Shown here: positions 12,601 through 24,171 of the stretch, piece after piece
Numbering within the stretch: position 1 is the stretch's first letter
Layout: each line of letters begins with the position of its first letter
Source of the DNA: Antedon mediterranea
Lineage: Eukaryota > Animalia > Echinodermata
Assembly: GCF_964355755.1 (NCBI RefSeq)
Contig: NC_092670.1
Location: forward strand, 610,201-674,200
Reading direction: 5' to 3'
Length of the DNA: 64,000 nucleotides
Notes under the pieces: generated by a model
What the model was told of the DNA's origin: nothing
Database searches by the model: none
What the model saw: only the letters and a program-made list of their open reading frames with translations
Translations under genes and position numbers: made by a program

Positions 12601-15600
12601 GAACACTATCAGAACAATAATTTTTTTTAAACAGCACCAAGTACATTTTAGGTACAGTAGTTTGAACTAGTTCCACAGGGCGGATTCAGGTGAGGCCCAG
12701 CAGCAAAAGATAGGATATCTACTGTATAAGTTCTGATTCCTCCAATATGGTATTGAAACTATCTGTACAAATTTGGTTTCTTTACTTGGTTTCACAGAGT
12801 AAGAACATCCAATGAGATGATGATAATGTTAAATTCCATTACATTTGATCGAGTGATTTTCACATGTTGCACTTTATTCTTCAAAACTATTGGGAACTAC
12901 AGTACTATTTATTGCAGGTGAGAACCGTTCAGCAATTTACAGATTCAACAATCATTTTAAATAGTTTTAATATAAGGATACACTATCTATTAAAAAAACT
13001 AACCTATTTATAAACAACCAATTTCATGTCTGCTTTGAATTTTTACAAAATATATTTCAAAAATTGTACGAGAGGAAGCGAGTGACAAATAGCTTCCTTG
13101 AAAACGGTCAAACATAACTTCCATGTGACCTGGTCTCTGTCTGCAGTGTTCCATAAACATTGGGAATTCTTTAAAACATTACTATGATTTTTGAAAAAAT
13201 GTTTTTATGAATGGTTTAACGTAAAGAACAGATAATTACTGTGATTGATTGGTAATAATATGCATAATGTTGAGGGCAGTGCTTTTTTAGTTGTTTTGCA
13301 TAATATTACAGGTAAATACAGGTGTTCTCAAACATGGGGTATTAAATACTGTAGTAATGTAGAAAGAATACAGATACTAATACAGCAGTACACTGAGTAT
13401 TCTACTATAGAATAGACTGAATTTAGTGAGGTGAACATTCAAGCAGAAATCTATTGTTAATGGCTATGAATAGACCTGTTTAGTGTGTCTGTAAATAAAC
13501 AATTTACAGTACTAGGGCTAGACATGTTCCAGCTGTTTCACTATATTTTTAACTTAAACCCAACCTAAATAAATACAGGACCACAAATTAATAAGCATGT
13601 TGACAAATTCAGTATCAAATTCTTACAACAAGCCCATATTTTTAAAGTGTGAAGGAACATTACCTCAGTCCTGAATTCACATTCAACATTACAAAGTGCA
13701 TTCAACTATGACAGTACATAGTACGTACTATAGTATACAGGATGAACCGACAGAAACCCTGGGAGAGTTTTTTAAAGCTGGTATTTAAAGATCCGACCGG
13801 ATGATGTTCCGCAGCTGTCAAGAAAAGTACAGTAAAATCAACATTACAGTAACTAATAAGCAAATTACTGTACAATCCAACCACTTACATCTAAAAGTTT
13901 GTCACATATGCACTTAAGCACAAAACCAATGGGACTTAAATGAACCTAAAAATGTCTACTCTCAACTATCACCCTGACAGTTCTGTACATGGTAAAACAG
14001 ACAGTGTCATGGTGATAACAAAATGTTATATCTTCAGTAAAAATTAAGTCTATAGCACAGTATAACTAACTAAAAGAAAAAGGTCAAATAAGGTCAAATA
14101 AGGTCAAAAGCAGCTAAATATTAAAGCAATTAAATGGAGGGGAGTGTTAACTACAAGTGTATTCAAAGGTTAGAAATAAAGAAATGTTCCAGTCTGTTAG
14201 TGGTGTGTGCAGCAAAAGATTTAGTTTTTGCTGCACAATCAATTACAATATTGTATTAAAAAGATTACACACTGACCTTCAAAATAATAAAGGGTGAAAG
14301 AAATGAAACTGTGTTACAGGAAAGGTTGGTAGACAGACTACACTACAGAATGAGTTTCCCTTATTATACTGTAACTACTTTATCTCACAAGTGCAGATCT
14401 CACATATACCTGGCAACATTTAGTTCACACGTAATGTACAGCGTAAGCCATGGCGTACGTCTAGTGTAGCCGACGCCTTGCGTGTGAACTAGGCAGTGTC
14501 GTTATTAACGCAACTCAGTATGCGACGTCCTTAGTGTTAAGCTAAAGCTACATACCCATCTTAACTAATGCTACGGCTGTAATCAGCGACGCTTGAATCA
14601 TTTTTACCTTATTTTGCCAGTCTTACAGCGTATGCGTGAACGTACTAAGGTATGAAAGATTTTTAGGCTCTGGTTATTATTAATTGACATCACAGAAAAA
14701 TGCAATCTGACATTTTAACACAGATTCAGGAATCATTGTATCACTGTGTATAAACATCTCACAGTACAAGCACTTTTATTTTATTAAAAACAGAATCATT
14801 CATACCCGCTCTCAGCGTCCAGACAGTGCCGAACAAATGTGAAATGCTGAATGTTATATGCATTTCGAAAAATATATTATATAAAAATTCTTTGTTGTTA
14901 CTTTTATTAAAGTTTTTAACCAATCACAAAACTAAACTGCAACCTATGTACTCAGTGACCTAGTATTTAGAGTAGGTAATGCAAAAGTCAAAAACACATT
15001 TATTTTAAATTTGGTGCCAATTCAGACTGCTTCAACTTAAAACATGCAGTTGCTTAATTTAACTGTACCTAGCCTAGGCCTAGCCTAGTCCTAATTAACC
15101 AAAAAGCCTTATTTTTATAAAATAAAAGTAGTTCTATAATTTATTTATTTAATTTTAGGGATCAACTGCCGTTTTGGCTCCGGAGGTTTTTTTAGGGTTA
15201 TTCCATTATTAAAGTGGGGGTGTGTGGTTATGAATATTGTGTGCAGGTACGTCAATAGAAATGACATTGAGAGCCCACTTCTGTCAGTTGACTGGTTCCC
15301 GGTCTACCGCCTTGTAATTGACTTAATCATGATCGAATTCCAACAACTTAAGAATATACAAAATGTTTACATAATTATATAACAATGTAGATCTATCTAA
15401 TAATGTTTTTATTTTTTTGCAGATAAAGGAGGATCATCAATAAAATAAAATGATAAAAATTCCAGGCATTTAATATACGGTTTACTGATAAAATATAATG
15501 TACCAATGAAATAAACCTGGTGTTCTGAAACATATTTTAATAACTTTTGCCGGCCTAGCGCCTTTGTGTATCTAAATCTATCTAAATAATTAAGTTAGTA

Positions 15601-16397
15601 CAGTATTAACAAATAAAGGGTTAGGGTTATGTATAATAAAATGATAGAAATGAGGCATTATCTAATAATGTTTTTATTGATTTTTTTTCTGATTTTTATA
15701 GTTTTAAAATTCAAGTACCTTTTTTATAGCGTTATGTATCCTGTAAATGCTAACCTAAAAACGTTATCTGAATGTTTCTTTTTACGTTATAGAAATGTAA
15801 TAAAATAACGGTTATAGTGAACCTAAACATTAACCAAACACTAACGTTAGAAAACCACTATGTGATTGCTGGACTGCCACAATGGAACAATAGACCTAGG
15901 TATGTTAAACAAAGAAATCGTGTCAAAGCAGGGTGGAGACGGAATTTTAAGACAAAGGCGTTCTATACAAATGCAAATCATTCATGTATACTTTTTACAA
16001 ATTTTGTTTAGTTTCTTTATTAAAAGATTTTGATATGCTGTTATAAATAAATATTCTAATACATAGAATAGCAAAATTATCATAATACATAGGATAGCCA
16101 AAAATAAACCAAACATAACAACAACAAAATTAAATTGACAATGTATTTTTATTTAGAAATTCATTTCAATAATATAAATATTTTTTTATAAAATTACATC
16201 ATTATTTACTTACAATTAATTAATTACTTAACTTACATTACAGTAACTTAATAAATGGTACATAAAATTACTAAATAATTGCACATAAAATGCAGGTTAT
16301 AATAAAGACATAAGTATACATATAATGGTACAGGTTATAAATATTTAAATTACGTTTTTTAAATGTAATTATAATAATTATTGATGAGAACACTTAC

Positions 16398-16533
16398 GGT
16401 TATGAGTAGACATGTACATTGGTACATTACAGTACGAGCAATCCTTGGCAGTTGGATAAAAACCCCTTCGTTGGAAAAAGTCCAGGTAGTCATCAAATCC
16501 ATTAAACAAATGTGGTCCTATCTTCGGCAGCAT
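16398..16533 (-). pseudogene. Putative N-terminal exon remnant of a Merlin/IS1595-like transposase (CxxC zinc-ribbon start)
   Basis: MLPKIGPHLFNGFDDYLDFFQRRGFYPTAKDCSYCNVPMYMSTHN followed by a GTAAGT donor. It resembles the F-Q-x-x-G...CxxC-xxx-M start of Merlin transposases. No DDE exon is visible. Confidence 0.4.
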
Positions 16534-17142
16534 GGTCCTTGGTTTAAATCGCAGTAAAATCAAATCGAGAACGCAGTAAAATATCGGAGTTGTAGGCCTA
16601 TAATATAGTTGAAAGTTTTTCGAAAAATGAGTGATTTGAAGACAACTGATCTTGGTTTATATACATGTGCCATATTTTAGTTTGTATACATAGCTCCATG
16701 TCGGCATGAGTGATATTGTTATGCTTTATTATGTAATATTGTAAGCTTCAATGAGACACTTCAAATTCAAATTGAAGATTGAATTTAATGAAATTTTATG
16801 TACTGTACTGTTTAACAAATCAACATAACGGTACAATAGGTTGGAATTCAATAGGTTATGATTATTTCAAACCAAAATAGCTAGGTTTTTAAGGACTGAT
16901 TTATCTTTAAAAAACGCCTAGAAATAAAAGAGAGAGAGAAAGAGAGAATAGCAATTACGTGTTGGAATAATACAGTAGTAACGGTACAATATATAATCAT
17001 TTTGGTAAAGAAAATCAAATACTAGGTTTTTTAAGGTCTGATTAAACACAAGTGTGACGTCGTCTGGAAGCAGGAATTTAATATTCATAATTAGGTGATC
17101 ATTTAGAATAAAATGATCACCTATTGTTATTGTATCAAATCT

Positions 17143-17620
17143 TTATTGGTTATCCGCAACGAAGTTGCTGATAACCTCTTGTGATTGTACGAAATCATCA
17201 TCAACATCAACTTTTTATTTCTCTTCTTTCTTTCTGTATGATTTTTGTGCAACGCTTTTCTCTGAAACTTGCAAACATAACATTTTGTGAACTATGTTAA
17301 CATTTTGACATTTGTGTAACGTCGTCAAGCGAAGCTTATATTAATTCATATAAAAATTAAGCCTATTGGATGTTGTGACGTTACCGTATGGCCAGTTGAA
17401 GTTAAAAAGTATTTTTTTCATCGCTTTCGTAAAAGTTATACAATTTTTAAATAGCGCGCACCGCCCTTCTACGTGCCAAATTTTCTTCCAATTGTTATAT
17501 TTTATTACTCAATTCATTATCTTTCGATATTGTTATCTTCAAGTTTATTTTGACAACGTCATCATACCAAAAAATTAGAACATGATGTGGGTCCCGTAAT
17601 TTCACCTATGCTACACTGTA
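17143..17620 (+). mobile_element. Helentron/HINE-like non-autonomous repeat nested in the foldback spacer
   Basis: Starts TTATTGGTTATCCGC...GATAACC (subterminal hairpin) followed by a microsatellite-like tract. Both ends match, in reverse, the ends of 47695-48358. Confidence 0.4.
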
Positions 17621-19241
17621 TATAGATATACACAGTACAGTATATACTGTACATATTGTATATGGCATATAATAGGCACAACTAAGCACTATAAGCGTAT
17701 AATAGGATGGCATACATCAACATTTTCCGATTGTATGTTAACGTAGGTGCATGTTTAAAAAATATGAATGTCAATAAAATGATAAAAATGATCACCTATA
17801 ATTCGTCAAAGTGACGAATTAAATTCTAGTTACAAGTTGTACTTGGATATCAAACTGTCTATTTGGTCGTCTTGAGCCTCAAGAGAATAGCAACTATGTA
17901 TGAGCTGTAATAAACAGTAAGTACAGTACAGAAATCATATATCGACTAGCATTAAAATTACAAGTGGGAGTCTGTAGTACAGTGAAAAATTTCATTTCAA
18001 CATTTTAGCAAAATTGCTAATCAAACTGATTTAGTCGAGAAACATAGTTTTGTATTGTATTTTTTGCTACACAATTTTCGAAATGTGTAGTAATAAGGTT
18101 GTTTTGTATAGCTTTTTGCTATGCCACACTGGCGAAATTATTCCTTGTAGTAGATAAAAGAGACGTTCAAAACAGGTTAAAAAAGAAAATCATAGTACGG
18201 TTATTATTGTACAGTATATTAATTAAACAAGCTGAACATTTTATATAGTGATCTAATACGCAAATAATGTTTCTACATTTTTTTTACTGCAGAGTTTATG
18301 TGAATTTCTGTCAGCATTGATCATGTTGTATTCCACCACCAGATTTGCATTTGTATAGAACGCCTTTGTCTTAAAATTCCGTCCCCACCCTGCTTTGACG
18401 TGATTTCTTTGTTTAACATACCTAGGTCTATTGTTCCATTGTGGCAGTCCAGCAATCACATAGTGGTTTTCTAACGTTAGTGTTTGGTTAATGTTTAGGT
18501 TCACTAATAACCGTTATTTTATTACATTTCTATAACGTAAAAAGAAACATTCAGATAACAATTTTAGGTTAGCATTTACAGGATACATAACGCTATAAAA
18601 ACGGTACTTGAATTTTAAAACTATAAAAATTTGAAAAAAAAATAAATAAAGACATTATTAGATAATGTCTCATTTCTATCGTTTTATTATACATAACCCT
18701 AACCCTTTATTTGTTTATACTGTACTAACTTAATTATTTAGATAGATTTAGATACACATAGGCGCTAGGCCGACAAAAGTTATTAAAATATGTTTCAGAA
18801 CACCAGGTTTATTTCATTGGTACATTATATTTTATCAGTAAACCGTATATTAAATGCCTGGAATTTTTATCATTTTATTTTATTGATGATCCTCCTTTAT
18901 CTGCAAAAAAATAAAAACATTATTAGATAGATCTACATTGTTATATAATTATGTAAACATATTGTATTATTCTTAAGTTGTTGGAATTCGATCATGATTA
19001 AGTCAATTACAAGGCGGTAGACCGGGAACCAGTCAACTGACAGAAGAGGGCTCTCAATGTCATTTCTATTCACGTACCTGCACACAATATTCATAACCAC
19101 ACACCCCCACTTTAATAATGAAATAACCCTAAAAAAAAACTCCGGAGCCAAAACGGCAGTTGATCCAATTTGAGTATAAAAACTGTAGGCCTAGTAGGCC
19201 TAGACTATGTTTGCATAATATATTAAGAACTTAATACTTAC

Positions 19242-19502
19242 TTTACTTGAAGCCGGAAATACACGTTTAGGCCTACGATCACGGTCGTTCTTGCTAGTAT
19301 CCAATGGTCCCTCAAGCTCGGGGTCCCGCTTGACACGTTCGTGCACATTCCTCTGACCGTCGAAATCAGAGCTATCTAAAGTTGAAAACTTAAGGTAGAA
19401 AATGAACTGTAGAGAGAGAATTAACACAGCCGTGTAGAGGATGAACCTGTACCGAAAACAGAGGCGAAATGGAGAACGGTGGCGAACACCATTCATCGCC
19501 AT
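19242..19502 (-). CDS. XYLT: First coding exon of a probable xylosyltransferase (XYLT1/2/oxt-like type II membrane protein); remaining exons not found in the window
   Basis: 87 codons, MAMNGVRHRSPFRLCFRYRFILYTAVLILSLQFIFYLKFSTLDSSD...ASSK, then a phase-0 GTAAGT donor at 19241. The basic N-terminus, TM helix and LQ..FSTLDS motif resemble the XYLT signal anchor. No catalytic domain is seen. Confidence 0.65.
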
Positions 19503-20980
19503 ACTTTTCTAGGCAAACAAATGGAACTACTTTCATGACACAAGATGAAAAGTATGTTTAGGCTCCTACTACGTGTAAGTACACAAGTATCGTACTGCTC
19601 AAAGGCGGTGCGAAACAACTGACACGGTGTGTGCACTGTGTTTTTGTAACAGCGATTTTTTAGATATAGAGGTCGCTATTATAGTCGGTCACACGTCGTA
19701 CTAAGTACAGTAGTAGACGTCCGTACTTAGAAAGTCCGGTAATTTATTTAAAAAATATATTATTAATTAGACTATAAATAATAATGGTAAATTTAATCTA
19801 AGCCTATACAGTACTGCATTAATTTTTCTCTACCACAAATAAGTTAAAATCCGCATAAAAACATTATTGTGACATTATTATATGATTATGAATAGTATAA
19901 GATAAGATAAGATTGATTGTCATGGAGACCGACTAAACTAAACAATGTCGGGTTTTTGTTCATAAGCAAAATAAATAAACATTTAAATGATAAAATATGC
20001 AACACATTTATTGTAACATTATATGCGTTTTCTTTCTTTATTTGACTAAACAACACTAATGTCGGGGTCTTTTTTTACTTTAAATTTCATAAATAAAATA
20101 AATATTTAAAAAATAAAATATTCAAAACATTTATATCATAATATCATAGACTATATTCTCCCATCCTCCTTCTTTTCCAAACTATGGGTGGATGTGACTG
20201 CGAAAATGTTCAATAATGAATTGAATTGTGGAAAAAAGGGCTTCACTTTCCATTTCATGAGAGCCACTGCTGAGAGTTGGGCAATTTTTATTTATTAATA
20301 ACTATTACCAATAAGCAGATATACAGTTTGGGTTTACCATTGTCTGTACATAAGGCTCAAAATCTAGATTATAATGATTTTTTTGTTATGACCAATTATA
20401 AAAAAAAAATGTTTAAAAGGTTTTATCCGCTCTGGATATCAATAGTGTGATACAGTACTGTGTCGGTTTTGGATCGTGCACGTGCGCCATCTATCTATAT
20501 TGATTCGCTTGAATGAATTTTTAAAGTATGACGTCATAAGTAAACATTACTCTTGACTCGCAGACCTTACACAACAACCTGAAATGATGAGTCTCAAAAT
20601 AACATATCTCCTATAAATATCGGGCTAACCTAATAAAAAATACATTTTTACCATCTGTAACACGCAAGTATAAAAGTACAGTATAACTATTATTGTTATT
20701 TTGTATAATAATAATTTAGCGCTAGCTAAGATCGAGTAGGAAATAAGTAGAGTAGTACTAGTACTACTACTTACTAGCCTAGAACAGTTTATATATTACA
20801 ACTGCCTGGCTTAAATTATAGCAGTAATTAGTATGTAAAAGTAGGTAGGCTACTACCTATACAGTTTGGGACCTAGAGCTGTTTTTCCTCCTAAATTTGA
20901 GGTAGCGTAAGCAATCTTATTTTTATGCGAAATTGATCTTCAAAATCTCATATTTAAAATGCTTATTTTCTAAACTTTAG
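19503..20980. promoter_or_regulatory. Probable bidirectional promoter region between the XYLT-like and LENG9-like genes
   Basis: Head-to-head starts 1.5 kb apart, CpG-containing patches near 19600-19740 and 20460-20560, and a CRE-like TGACGTCA at ~20529. An acceptor (tttag) directly before the LENG9 ATG implies an upstream non-coding exon. Confidence 0.45.
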
Positions 20981-20982
20981 CA

Positions 20983-23449
20983 ATGATGGCAGGATCTACT
21001 GCAAGATCAACTTCTCAGATGGAGTATCAGGAAAATGAGATAGAAGCATTACAGTCTATATTTGCAGATGAAATCCATGTAATATCAAACAGAGGGAGGG
21101 AGTACTGTAAAGAGATCAGCATAAAACCAAACAATCTCGGAGTGACTTTTTCTTTCTCAATAACAGGTAATTTAAAAAAAAAATCATTTCCCAATTTGGA
21201 AGAGTTTGACTAATCCCAAATTAATAATAAAAAATAAAGTTTTTAATAATAAAAGTGCATAATGCATAAAATAAAAGTAATCTATGAAATAGATAAATAA
21301 AAAGAGCAATTAAAAATGAGAATGACAGGCCATAAAATATATGGATCTCAATTGAATTGAATATGGTCCTGGATGGTTTATCGTGGTTGAACATATTTGT
21401 TGAAAGGGTAAGTTTTTAAAAGCTGTTTACATATGGAGGGTAAGTTTTTAAAAGTTGTTTACATATGGTGGGTAGCTGCTGCCCTTATAAATGAACGTTT
21501 CCCGTAAAATTATGTTGATATCGTCATAAAATGAATTTATAGTGAATATAAATCAGCATTATAATTACCGTAAGTTACTGCAATTGTTTTAACACAACAT
21601 TAATAATGATTTGAATGAAAGGTACTTACTAATGACGTCATATTACAGTATTCCCATTTAAATCAGCATCGATCAAAATAGTTAAACACAAACTGTACTG
21701 ACCATATTGAAACATATTAGCTTTGGATTATGATTACAATATCTGGTGAATTGTTATATATTTAATATATAATATGTAGAATATAATTCCTGATGATCAA
21801 ATAAATATTTTTGGAATATTCATTACAATCCATCCACAATACAATACATTATGATTAGAAATTAACCAACCAAAAAATGCATTCAATGCTACTATGTTGA
21901 TAAACTGTATAGATCTGTATTTCTATCAAATTAAGTATCTTAGCAGAAGATATAACGTTGAATCATATTTGCCTCTCGTTATTTGGAGTCAAATTATGTA
22001 GTAGAATGTATATTTTGTTTTTATTTTGTAGAGGCATATCCAGATGTTCCACCATTGATTGACATAATACCAGCAACATTCAGCTTAACTGAAAACCAAA
22101 CAGGGATTCTTTTACAAAATATGTACACAGCTGCAAAAGATATGAAAGGTACAGCAATGATGTTGGCGTTGATTGAATCAGCTAAGGACACACTAGACGA
22201 GATGGACATCAACTATCATAGAGTTTTAGAACAGAAGTCAGATGACGTGAAAGATTGTCAAATAGTTTGTCCGTTTTTCCAGCAAGGAAAATGTCGGTTT
22301 GGTACCAAGTGTAAAAATTTACACCCAGGACAGAAAAAAATGAATAAAGATAAGGAGAGCGAGTTAAATGGAGAGGAAAAGAAAAAGGTGGAAGGTCAAA
22401 AAGAGGAACAAGTTGGAGGGAAGAAACCACCAATGAAAACTGCATGCGATGTTATCTCACGTATTCAGTGGGACCCTGAATTGAAGTCAAGTCATTTCAT
22501 TGTTGGTTACTTAGATCGTTTTCTAGGTGTACTTGAGCAACCGTTTGATGATTTCAGTTGGGTTGATATCGCAACCGTTGACCTCAACACGCTAGCGATC
22601 CCAAGACATCGCATTCAATATTTCAAATACCACGACGAAATTGTTTGGGATAAACGTGTTCGTCTTGACAATGTGTTTGGGTCTACAGGAAGTCAACTGA
22701 CTATAGCGGACGTTGCGAAGAAATTTCAGAAAGAAAGTTTGGCAGAAGATGAAAAAGAAGCAGATAAAGATATAAAAGCAGACAAAGTGGAACAGAATTC
22801 TAAGACAGAACCGCAAATTAAAATTGTAAAGAAAATTAACAAAAATGAACCAAATTACTTCGTTGCAATTCGAATTGATGACGAAGATATCTTGAAAAAT
22901 GTAAAGATGGTTCAGGATTCAGTGACAGAGAACACTAAGGGGTTGGAAGCAGCTTGTGCAACATTGGACAGCCTGCATATCACCCTGTGTACAATGAGGC
23001 TTGACAGCCACGATGAAAAGATGGCAGCATTGAAGGTTTTAAAAGAAATACGGCAAGAAGCAGCTCGTCTTCTACCACCAAGTCTCTTACTCAGTTTCCA
23101 AGGTCTTGGTAATTTTTACGAGAGAGTACTCTTCAGCCCTCCCAACAAAGAGCCTGCCCTCTATACATTTATCAACAGATTGCAGGACAAATTCCGAGAG
23201 GCTGGGATTAATCTTGCTGGAACGCGTAAACAGACAAATCTTCACATGACCCTAGTGAAGTTGCGGCGATCAGATATGGACGCACTGTGCATGGAATACT
23301 TGGACGATAGTTACTATAGTAAATTTTTTCACACATATTTTGGTGTACAGTCCGTTAGTACAATCCACTTGTGTTCAATGGACAATGCCAAACGATACGA
23401 TGGTTTTTATGACTGCTTAGCAAGTGTTAACTTATTTGACGAATGCTAA
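20983..23449 (+). CDS. LENG9: LENG9-like protein, 533 aa: RWD + CCCH zinc finger + MJ1316 (DUF504) + AKAP7-type 2H phosphoesterase; exons 20983-21166 and 22032-23449
   Basis: A phase-1 GT-AG intron joins EIEALQSIF (RWD start) to YPDVPP (RWD motif). Then CPFFQQGKCRFGTKCKNLH (CCCH), DVISRIQWDP..GYLDRF..IPRHRIQYFK..VWDK (MJ1316) and two HxT motifs (LHITL, LHMTL). AATAAA at 23807. Confidence 0.9.
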
Positions 23450-23913
23450 ATATATGAATTCATCTATAGAATTGTCTATCCCAGTAATATACAGTACTTT
23501 TATTTTTAAATTGGAGACCATTTTATCTTGTACAGTTTTTTATTATACATTATTTTAGCATCAAGTTTTTAGAAGCTCTATTGAATTTTAGCATCAAGTT
23601 TTTAGAAGCATTATATCCATTATAAGCCTCAATTTTAAATTCCTTTTAGTCGTACAGATTGGTTTATAATCTTCCTATCCTAGCTCGACTCCTTGATAAG
23701 GGTGATAGTTGGTGGACTTTTTAGGATGTGTAACTTTTTATCCTTTTAATATTCTAATAATATGATGAATTGTAAAATACAGTACTACTTTTCAGTCATT
23801 AATTTGAATAAATATTCATAAATATACTGAATAAGTGTATTCAAAGAGTCTGTGTTTAAGTTTATAGACACCCAACCCACGCTACTAGATTGCAGTAAAT
23901 GTAACCACATTTA

Positions 23914-24075
23914 AGCTGTGTTATCACTGAGCGCGGCCTGGATTATGGTTCAGCAGCCAGATAAAAATTGTGAAAGATTCACACTAACTCATTTTGAATT
24001 CTGTAAAATATCCTGAAAAACTTATTAGTTTTCTCCAGCCATCAAACCAAATCAGAGCTCAATGTGAACACAGCT
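23914..24075. mobile_element. PIF/Harbinger-like MITE
   Basis: TTA|AGCTGTGTT..CAC.GAGC...GCTC..GTGAACACAGCT|TTA. Confidence 0.6.
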
Positions 24076-24171
24076 TTAAAGAAAAGAAAAAGAGAATTGT
24101 ATCTTAGAAGTAGTTTTTATTTATCTTCCCCTTTTTTATTTACATGCCATAATGAAATCACTTGAGTTCCC

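Larger units (their letters stand above)
15159..19166. mobile_element. 4-kb Merlin-like DNA transposon derivative with ~820-bp TIRs
   Basis: Termini GGATCAACTGCCGTTTTGGCTCCGGAG are mirrored. Arms 15159-15979 and 18342-19166 are near-identical inverted copies, giving mirror ORFs 15817+ and 18504-. Flanks AATTTTAG/AATTTGAG are a 7/8 match to an 8-bp TSD. Confidence 0.85.

Noticed and set aside
15817-18504. Two ORFs encoding the same peptide MNLNINQTLTLENHY...
   Set aside because: Mirror images within the TIR arms, starting at non-ATG codons; not genes.
21983-22031. ORF-track N-terminus MESNYVVECIFCFYFV of the 488-aa ORF
   Set aside because: Intronic polypyrimidine tract with a TTG start. The real exon begins at 22032 and splices in frame to 20983-21166.
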